Shown piece by piece: positions 57,327 through 64,000 of a DNA stretch of 64,000 nt. The position numbers and the translations under genes are program-made. The notes under the pieces were generated by a model. That model had not been told where the DNA came from. It did no database searches and was given only the letters and a program-made list of their open reading frames with translations. Numbering within the stretch: position 1 is the stretch's first letter; every line of letters begins with the position of its first letter. Source of the stretch: Bacillota bacterium (GTDB taxonomy: Bacteria > Bacillota > Dethiobacteria > DTU022); assembly GCA_040751775.1 (NCBI GenBank), contig JBFMGD010000005.1:23175-87174 (forward strand), given 5' to 3'.

Positions 57327-60300
57327 TTAGAAAATCTCTGATACCAGGTTGACTTTTTCTCCGGCGGCGGCATCACGGCCGTATACTTGCTTCAGCTTCT
57401 CCAGGCGCGGCTGATCTTTGCGGCAAACACGGCTGAAAGAGCAGTTGTCGCAGTCCTGCTCCGCCTCATGGCACAAGGGCAGGTGGAATACCCCTGCTTT
57501 CATCAGCCGGTGCAGCCGCGGCAGGTGCTCCTTGATTTTCTCCAGGGCCGCGTTGAACTTCGCCCGGTCAAGGAAACCGTCCCGTTGCCCGGAAAAAACC
57601 GGTTGTTCCGGCGAGGCCTGATCCCGGCGGGACGCCCTGATTTCTTCCAGGGCGAAATAACCGCCTCGTCTTAAAGTTTTCGCGCTTTTTACCAGGTAGA
57701 GTCCGGCGCCGGCGACCGGCAGCTGTAGCTGTTGCCCGGCAGCATGGTCCGCGCATAGCAGCACCGCCAGGGGAAGGTCGAAGCGCAGGCCCCGTTCGAT
57801 TTTGCGCGGCGCCTGGGCGGTAGTACTGGTATAGTTGTAAGCGAGCAGGTAATCGCCCGCCGCCGTCAGGTCGACCCGGTCCGTCTCTACCAGTATTTCC
57901 AGCTCATTGTCCAGCGTTACCGTGCCTTTGAGGCAGGCCCAATAAGGGCGCAAGTAATCAGGCCCGTTTGCTTCGTAGTCCAGGAAGGCGCGTAAAAGCC
58001 CCGGCCGCCGTTCCGACCGGCCGTCCAGTCCGGCGGTAAGGCCGCCTATAAAGCGGTGCCGGAAGGCATCGGCGCCGGTCTCTTCTTTTTCCTGAAGGCG
58101 CTCATCGACCAGGCTTTGCAGCAGTTGGGGCGCGGCTTCGGGGACACCCCGGTTCGCGCAAGCGGCGGCGGTATAACTTTTAAGAATATTGCGGATCAGC
58201 AGGCCGGTTTCCGTTGTGTCCGGGTGATAATCCGGCGCCCGCTTTAAGCCGAGGAGGTCGTCAAAAAAGAAGCGAATAGGACAGGTGGCGTAGCGTTCCA
58301 GGTTCATGGGGGTGAAGGCTATTTGCCGGATATCTTCGGCCAGCAACGACGCGGTGGTGGAGGCGAGCGCCCGGGGGAAGAGGCCGTCATATTCCGAGAA
58401 TGATCGCGTGCTTAGGGTCAGGCCGTCGAACCGCAGTATCGCCGTGATCTTTTCAAAGAACGGCTTGTCCTGGAGTCGCAGCTCTTTTAAGCAGGGCAGT
58501 GCTTTCCTGTAATTATGGTCCACGTTACTGGCGATGAGGGTGAGCATTTCGCGGCGGCTGTAGATGCGGTCGTCGGCCGCCGGCCGGCTGTTTTCCGGGG
58601 GCCGCGCCCGCGCGCCGGTCCACCCGGCCGTTTCCTTGAGAAAAGGCGATGCCGGCAGCCTTTTCCCTTGGTCCGAAAGAGGGCGGCTTAAAAAGAGGGC
58701 GCGGGAGGTCGAGCGGACCAGCTGGTAGAAGCGGTTGCGGCCGTGATCCACACTGGTGTAAGCGACGCCCGGGCTTAAACCCTCTTTTTTCGGTTGCAGG
58801 AAATTAAACTCTTCCTTGGCGGGGAACTCCCCATCCACCAGGCCGCAGATAAAGGTGTACGGCCGGCGCCGGTATTGTCCCCGCGCCGCGGACTCGACGG
58901 TAACGCTTTCACTCACCTGCCGGAACGGGAGCTCGCCCGTATCAAGGGCGGATTCGTTCATCAGCCGGGTAAACACACGCGCCAGTTCGACCAGGGTTTG
59001 CTTGCCGGCGGCCGGTCCGCCCGCAGCGGCAGGCGAGGCGGCGATCTCCGCCAGGATTTGGTCGACCCGCTTAAGGATCGCCGCGTCCCTTTCCCGGATG
59101 CGCGCCGCGCGCGGGTCCGGATTATCGCCTGCGCCGGTCGCGATATTTTGAAGAATGTTGAAGCGCTCCAGCAGCCTCCGCAAAACCTCCGCGAATTCGT
59201 TGCCGCTTAAGCGCCGCTGCCGCCAGGTCGAAAGATGCTTCTCCGCCAGCGCCTGCAAGTAAGCCTGCGCCAGGCAGCGGTAGAGCATTTTTTCTTTGGC
59301 CGCGTCGTTTTTCCAGGCCAAACTTTCTATGTAGCGCTTCAATACCTCGAGCGGCGGGGTCCCCGGGACGGGGGCGACACTCCGATAGGCTTTGAGGCGC
59401 AAGTTCTTCAAGAACTGATAATCAAGCCGGCAGCAAGCGTCCGGTGCGGTTTGTTGCCGCAATTTCTCCAGGGAGAGCAACATCACGCCGCTTTTTTCCT
59501 GGAAGGTGAACAACTCGGCCGGCTTGACAGTGGCGGTCAGGCTGACATAGGGGGAAGAAAATATCTTCTCCCGCAGCGGGTAGGGGTTGGGGCTGACGGT
59601 CTGGTTGACCAGGTGCAAGATCAAGGCCGCCAGGGGAAAACGCGTCAGCGGCACGCCCTCCGCCGGGGTAAAAGGAATGCCGTAATCGGGGAACACCTCC
59701 CCGATAATGGCGCAGTAGAGATGATAAGCAGGCGCCGTGATCCGGATATCGCTTAAGGGGACGCCCGTTTCGGCCAGTTCCCTGACGCGGCGCGCGATGG
59801 CGATAACTTCTAAATAACGGCTGTTTGCTTCATTGACGGTGACTGATCCATGCCGTTTTGCCGGATCAGCCTTAAAATCGGTCTCGGTTTCCGGCGCCGC
59901 CGCCTGCCCCGGTTTGAACAAGGAGCGCGCCAGGCCGGTAAAAAGGTCGTCTTCGGGCGAGGGCAGCTTTTTAAACTCGTATGGCGCCGCCTCATCCCGC
60001 AGGTGCGCCGGCAAGGCGGCGATGCTCCGGTGAACGCGTCTCGCCTGTTCCGCCGCGGCGGTATCGTCACAGCAGCAGAAGCTTGACGCGAGCGCGTTTT
60101 TAAACACCGCCAGGATGAACTCTTGCTCCAGCGGCGTAATATAATTGAAGCCGAAGAAGAGAACCTGTTCCCCTTCCCCGAAACCGGGCAGGCCTTCCAG
60201 GTCGCCCGCGCCGGCGCGGTGGGTGAATTCTTCCAGCCCGCTTCGCAAGTCGAAGCCGTATCCGGGCAATTTTTCTTCGTATGCGCGGTGGATCTTGATC

Positions 60301-60722
60301 AAATCTTTTTCCTTGAGCGACAGCCGGTCCGTTTTCAGGCCGGTAATGGCCGCTTGCAGATCGGCCGTGGAGGTAGAGCGGAAACCGTGTATAAATTCGG
60401 CGAGGACCTTGACGTAGCTCTGCTTGTAGCGCTCTATGTTTAAGTAAGTGGCGTAACTTTCGCTCATGATGGCGCTTAAGATCGATTCAACACCGTGCCG
60501 CGAGAGCAGCCCCTTGCCCTGCCGTTTTTTAACATAGCCGGCCAGTAACTCCGTGATGGTCCGGATAGCGGTTACAGTCACTTCGGGAAGAGCGGCGGCA
60601 ACCTGTCCTTTAGCTTCCCCTTCCGGTATGATCACCAGCGCGGGGGTTTGGCTCAACCGGCGGTCTTTTAACGTTTTAAACTGGTGCCAGGCCTCCGCCT
60701 GGTAGAATACGATTTTGGCCAT
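57327..60722 (-). CDS. addB: AddB-like helicase-nuclease subunit with C-terminal Fe-S cysteine cluster
   Basis: 1131 aa. It has a degenerate N-terminal helicase-like domain (ALVIIPEGEAKGQ with no intact Walker A). The C-terminal LPLCHEAEQDCDNCSFSRVC supplies the CX2CX5C arrangement of AddB iron-staple nucleases. The nuclease motif region is ETDRVDL...GDYLLAYNY, in which the expected Lys is not evident. Confidence 0.65.
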   Translation of the reverse strand: MAKIVFYQAEAWHQFKTLKDRRLSQTPALVIIPEGEAKGQVAAALPEVTVTAIRTITELLAGYVKKRQGKGLLSRHGVESILSAIMSESYATYLNIERYKQSYVKVLAEFIHGFRSTSTADLQAAITGLKTDRLSLKEKDLIKIHRAYEEKLPGYGFDLRSGLEEFTHRAGAGDLEGLPGFGEGEQVLFFGFNYITPLEQEFILAVFKNALASSFCCCDDTAAAEQARRVHRSIAALPAHLRDEAAPYEFKKLPSPEDDLFTGLARSLFKPGQAAAPETETDFKADPAKRHGSVTVNEANSRYLEVIAIARRVRELAETGVPLSDIRITAPAYHLYCAIIGEVFPDYGIPFTPAEGVPLTRFPLAALILHLVNQTVSPNPYPLREKIFSSPYVSLTATVKPAELFTFQEKSGVMLLSLEKLRQQTAPDACCRLDYQFLKNLRLKAYRSVAPVPGTPPLEVLKRYIESLAWKNDAAKEKMLYRCLAQAYLQALAEKHLSTWRQRRLSGNEFAEVLRRLLERFNILQNIATGAGDNPDPRAARIRERDAAILKRVDQILAEIAASPAAAGGPAAGKQTLVELARVFTRLMNESALDTGELPFRQVSESVTVESAARGQYRRRPYTFICGLVDGEFPAKEEFNFLQPKKEGLSPGVAYTSVDHGRNRFYQLVRSTSRALFLSRPLSDQGKRLPASPFLKETAGWTGARARPPENSRPAADDRIYSRREMLTLIASNVDHNYRKALPCLKELRLQDKPFFEKITAILRFDGLTLSTRSFSEYDGLFPRALASTTASLLAEDIRQIAFTPMNLERYATCPIRFFFDDLLGLKRAPDYHPDTTETGLLIRNILKSYTAAACANRGVPEAAPQLLQSLVDERLQEKEETGADAFRHRFIGGLTAGLDGRSERRPGLLRAFLDYEANGPDYLRPYWACLKGTVTLDNELEILVETDRVDLTAAGDYLLAYNYTSTTAQAPRKIERGLRFDLPLAVLLCADHAAGQQLQLPVAGAGLYLVKSAKTLRRGGYFALEEIRASRRDQASPEQPVFSGQRDGFLDRAKFNAALEKIKEHLPRLHRLMKAGVFHLPLCHEAEQDCDNCSFSRVCRKDQPRLEKLKQVYGRDAAAGEKVNLVSEIF

Positions 60723-60965
60723 CGCCGCTTCCTTTTCCTCACATTATCCTGGTAGTGGCGCCGTTAATCCGCGCGTTTTCAATTATAGCATATTTAACCG
60801 TATAATGTATCCAGCATAGTCACCTGAAATTGCCTATTAAGAGAGTAAGGATTAAGCCTGATTCCGCTTTATTAGCGCATAGCCACACGGCGCTGCTGGA
60901 ACATGACGGTCACTACGCCAGGCTGTATAAAGCCCAGTTTAACGGCTTCATCCCGGAGACAGTAT

Positions 60966-61009
60966 AAAAAAACCCATCTAACGGTTCGCACTTAAGTGAT
61001 TTATTGGGT
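60966..61009 (-). terminator. Probable intrinsic terminator downstream of the Wzx-like gene
   Basis: On the minus strand the sequence reads AACCCAATAAATCACTTAAGTGCGAACCGTTAGATGGGTTTTTTTAT, an outer stem AACCCA/TGGGTT followed by a T7 run. The loop is large. Confidence 0.35.
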
Positions 61010-61010
61010 T

Positions 61011-62564
61011 TTATTTGCCGCTTGAACTTAACCTCTGTAGGATTGAACCGTAGCCTTGTATAACAAAACTTTTTTCGTCGGGATCCAATAAAAATCTCCA
61101 AATCCCAACTCCTAATATGCTAAGAATAATAATTGTAATCAAGCCGCGGGCCATTAGGCCAGCAACAACAGTGCTTAGCGCCATAATTAGTAAATAGGCG
61201 CCAATCGGCATGAGCGTCATAAAAATAAAAAGGAAAATACTGCGTTGTTTTTTTGTCTCAATAGTTAAAAGTTTGTCGGCATACCAAAATAACAGAATCG
61301 CGTCAAAGCTTACGCGCGCCAACCACGCGGCAGCCACACCGACGATACCAAATTTAGAAGCAAGTATCCAAAGCAAAAGAAAGTAGGGTATTACCTCGAT
61401 TATGTGAAATTTCGCGGTCATATCGGGCCTGCCGAATGCCTGGATTAATGTATAAGGTATGTTGGCCAAAGAATTAACTAAAACCGCCAGGCTTAATATG
61501 ATTAGCACTAAATAGCTGTTTTGGGCGAAATCAGCACCCAACCATAGTACTAATAGGTCATAGGAAAATACAGCTAAAACAAGCACTATCGGGGTTAAAA
61601 TAAAAAAGATATATTTAGCGGCACGCCTGTAGAGTTGCAGATAAATTTTCTGGTCTTGATTTTTGGAATAAGAGAAGGCGGGAAACAAGACCATCGCTAA
61701 ACTCGCAACGATTAATAAAAGTTTTGTAGCAATGGTGTAGGGTACCACATAATAGGAAACAGCAGTAAGAGTTAATGCTACTCCGATAAAGAACCGATCC
61801 ATGTACGACATCAGCGGGCTGATAATATTGGATACCGTCAGCCACCCTCCAAATGTTAAAACTTTCTTCATATAGACGATATTAATCCGGGGAACTGACT
61901 TAATGCTGGGCAGGGTGTAAAAACAGATCAAGATAGAAACACCCAGCACAATGATCCTGGCGAAAACGATACTCAGTATGGCGTGTGACAGATTAATTGA
62001 TCCGGTAAGGATAATTAATAAGGGAAACAAGTAGTTTGAAATACCAAAAGGTATTTGAATAAGGTTAATCAGGTCGAAACGCTGCTGTGCCGCCAGTATC
62101 CCATGCACACCAGCTGAAACAAGCATAAGCGGCAAACTTAGGCTGACGTAGATCAAACCCGTAATTCCTTCATTAATTAAAAATTCCGGGACATTTAAAA
62201 TGTTTTTGATTAAAAAAGGTGTGAAGACGATCAATAAAATTGTAGCAAAAAGCCCAAGCAACAGCAGCAGGGCAAATGAAGACCACAATAACATACTTAG
62301 CTCTTTTTCTTGATCGCTGTCGGCAAGAGCCTCCGATACAAACTTGGTTATCGCTCTGCCGATACCCAATTCGAACAGGCTAAAATAGCCCACAGTTATT
62401 AATAACAAGTTAAAAAGGCCGAAGCGTTCACTACCCATCCTGTTAATCAACAGCGGAATAGTGACTAAAGCGACCAAGGTTGGAACACCTTTGCCAAGAA
62501 GGTTTATTAAGAAGTTTTTGGCAAGCAACTTTCCGCTATTCAGATTTTGTACCTTTGCCCTCAT
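61011..62564 (-). CDS. Polysaccharide biosynthesis protein, Wzx-like MOP-superfamily flippase
   Basis: 517 aa with about 14 TM helices. The N-terminal LLAKNFLINLLGKGVPTLVALVTIPLLINRMGSERFGLFNLLL is typical of oligosaccharide flippases. The gene is AT-rich. Confidence 0.65.
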   Translation of the reverse strand: MRAKVQNLNSGKLLAKNFLINLLGKGVPTLVALVTIPLLINRMGSERFGLFNLLLITVGYFSLFELGIGRAITKFVSEALADSDQEKELSMLLWSSFALLLLLGLFATILLIVFTPFLIKNILNVPEFLINEGITGLIYVSLSLPLMLVSAGVHGILAAQQRFDLINLIQIPFGISNYLFPLLIILTGSINLSHAILSIVFARIIVLGVSILICFYTLPSIKSVPRINIVYMKKVLTFGGWLTVSNIISPLMSYMDRFFIGVALTLTAVSYYVVPYTIATKLLLIVASLAMVLFPAFSYSKNQDQKIYLQLYRRAAKYIFFILTPIVLVLAVFSYDLLVLWLGADFAQNSYLVLIILSLAVLVNSLANIPYTLIQAFGRPDMTAKFHIIEVIPYFLLLWILASKFGIVGVAAAWLARVSFDAILLFWYADKLLTIETKKQRSIFLFIFMTLMPIGAYLLIMALSTVVAGLMARGLITIIILSILGVGIWRFLLDPDEKSFVIQGYGSILQRLSSSGK

Positions 62565-62961
62565 CGAGTAACCCCTTTTTCAAAAAAACTTTACCTCCTT
62601 ACCCAAACCCCTCTCCCAAGGGGCAAGAAGGGAGCGGGATAGCAGCCGTGCAGCCTTAAGGCAAAAAGCAACTCCCCGCTGTTGTATTTTCCCGAATCAC
62701 TGGATTACCGTCAATATTCGGCACATAAATTCAGTAATCCTGCTCACAGAGAAGAGCGGATTAGAGTCTTATGGGATGCATCGCAGCGGCAGCTTTTATT
62801 GTCTCATCATTATCGATTAAGCTTGGACTCCAGACAGCTGCCTGCTTGCGATTATAGAAAAAAGGAAGTTAGAACCAGGTTGCAGAATTATAACGGCAAC
62901 AGTCTATTTAAAGCTATATACCGGCTAAACTGTTGTGTAAGTCCGGTTAAATCATAAAGGG

Positions 62962-63600
62962 GTGAAATTATTGGATAAGAGGACAATCAGGGTGCGCGGT
63001 AGTGCCAAAGTATCCGGGGCACCAGACTGGGTAGCCATCTCTTTTAAGCTAATCAGCCAGGATTATGAATACGCAAATAGCATGGAGCAGCTGGCGGTCC
63101 AAACGGACAGTTTGCGGCAAGAACTGGCCTCTGTTGGGCTCGATAAGGAAAGCCTCAAAACTTTCCAGTTCAACATCGAGACCGACTTCGAATGGGTAAA
63201 GGAGAGGTATATCTTCAAGGGTTATAAGGCCACCCACAACTTAAGGATTGAGTTTCCTTTTGAAAAGGATTACTTGAACAAAGTGCTGCGGGTCTTGAGC
63301 CGTACTAAAAGCCAGGCCTCGTTCAAGATATCTTTCGAGGTTAAAGATCCCGAACTCCTGCGGCAGCAGGCGATAGCCGGTGCTGTTAAAAACTCCAGAG
63401 AGAATGCGAAAGTTTTGGCAGAAGCATCGGGAGTGACCCTGGGCGAAATTATAGAAATCGATTACAGCTGGTCCGAAATACACTTCCAACCTATAGTAAA
63501 CTACAGTTGTTTAGAAGCGGCGTCTCCCCCCGCCTACGATATTACACCCGAAGATGTTGACGTTTCCGATTCGGTCACGGTTATCTGGTCTATTAAATAG
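62962..63600 (+). CDS. SIMPL-domain (DUF541) protein
   Basis: 212 aa. The SIMPL-family pattern is RVRGSAKVSGAPDWVAISFKL...KGYKATHNLRIEF. The start is GTG 62962 or TTG 62971. Confidence 0.6.
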   Translation: MKLLDKRTIRVRGSAKVSGAPDWVAISFKLISQDYEYANSMEQLAVQTDSLRQELASVGLDKESLKTFQFNIETDFEWVKERYIFKGYKATHNLRIEFPFEKDYLNKVLRVLSRTKSQASFKISFEVKDPELLRQQAIAGAVKNSRENAKVLAEASGVTLGEIIEIDYSWSEIHFQPIVNYSCLEAASPPAYDITPEDVDVSDSVTVIWSIK

Positions 63601-63710
63601 TTGCTCCGTTCTGAGAGCAGAACACGGGGCATTGCCACATCAATTATTCCGGTTGCCTTGGATTTACCGGAGCCGATTACTCCAATTTCTTCAGGGTTAA
63701 CATGCAAAAA

Positions 63711-64000
63711 TTAAGTCAAACCAGCCAGCCACTGTTCCTGAAGTTGGCGTCTGTGAACCAGGATTAGGGTGTTCTTTATGCTGTATTGAATTTCCAATTC
63801 CTCTAAAAGGCGAGTTATATCATCTAAACAACCCCTGGGTAACCCGATATGTTTTGAATAATCCTCTGCGCAACCGATAATGCGAGGAATTTGAAAAACA
63901 GGCAAGCGCATCGCCTGGGCTTTATAGAATTCGGGATTTTGAAAGGCGGCGATACGAATCAATTCATTTATCAGAAACGGGGGTAGCCCTTTTTTGCAAT
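63711..64000 (-). CDS. Hypothetical protein, C-terminal fragment (gene continues beyond window end)
   Basis: The open frame on the minus strand runs off the 3' window edge and only the last 95 or so codons are visible. I recognise no family. Confidence 0.3.
   Translation of the reverse strand, partial: CKKGLPPFLINELIRIAAFQNPEFYKAQAMRLPVFQIPRIIGCAEDYSKHIGLPRGCLDDITRLLEELEIQYSIKNTLILVHRRQLQEQWLAGLT

Noticed and set aside
53343-60722. Interpretation of the UvrD-like helicase plus neighbours as a Gabija/Hachiman-type phage-defence system
   Set aside because: The helicase is partnered in the canonical addB-addA order with an AddB-like protein carrying the Fe-S cysteine cluster. That is the housekeeping AddAB arrangement, and the Uma2 gene is convergent and separately promoted.
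1-64000. rRNA, tRNA, tmRNA and CRISPR arrays
   Set aside because: No tRNA-like cloverleaf signatures (such as GGTTCGAATCC T-loops in non-coding DNA) were found, and no rRNA blocks or regularly spaced direct repeats were seen anywhere in the window.

Overview
This is a 64-kb window from a high-GC, Firmicutes-type chromosome. That assignment is inferred from gene content (an addB-addA pair, PTS with HPr and Enzyme I, an LplA-family ligase) and from the GTG/TTG starts and GGAGG Shine-Dalgarno sites. Two segments are visibly AT-richer than the rest and look acquired.

Gene blocks in order:
1. A glutamate-synthase-family FMN-domain gene, partial at the 5' window edge.
2. A trehalose/alpha-glucan block: a GH57-like gene, a TreZ-like GH13 hydrolase and a TreT trehalose synthase.
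3. A coiled-coil hypothetical protein convergent with a lone RND efflux pump.
4. An arginase/agmatinase-family ureohydrolase, followed by a corrinoid protein and a non-pyrrolysine MttB-superfamily methyltransferase.
5. A five-gene peptide/nickel-type ABC importer, then a 1063-aa protein with a clan-CD (gingipain-like) His/Cys dyad, then an M20 amidohydrolase.
6. A frameshifted IS transposase remnant.
7. A tandem glycine riboswitch driving gcvT-gcvH-gcvPA-gcvPB, two adjacent radical-SAM genes (archaeal-type LipS1/LipS2-like lipoyl synthase), an LplA/LipM-family transferase and lpd.
8. A GH3 beta-glucosidase and an M24 peptidase.
9. A roughly 13.6-kb AT-rich island (38.9-52.5 kb). It holds two orphan ABC permeases, a DeoR regulator, two SIS-domain proteins, PTS EIIA/EIIB/EIIC of the ascorbate/galactitol type, a NagA/AgaA-like deacetylase, HPr, a LacD-like aldolase, a PfkB kinase, Enzyme I and a DDAH-family amidinohydrolase.
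10. An HTH-Uma2 endonuclease fusion with a near-consensus promoter.
11. An addB-addA helicase-nuclease pair on the minus strand. The AddA homolog has no C-terminal nuclease domain.
12. A second AT-rich stretch with a Wzx-like flippase and a SIMPL protein.

The most unusual items are two copies of a MITE-like element with 27-bp terminal inverted repeats, one of which supplies the last codons of a radical-SAM gene; the LipS1/LipS2-type lipoylation module embedded in the glycine-cleavage operon; the apparently nuclease-poor AddAB pair; the MttB/corrinoid locus of unknown substrate; and the AT-rich PTS amino-sugar island. No rRNA, tRNA or CRISPR array was seen. All calls rest on reading the translated ORFs and the DNA by eye; no database searches were run.
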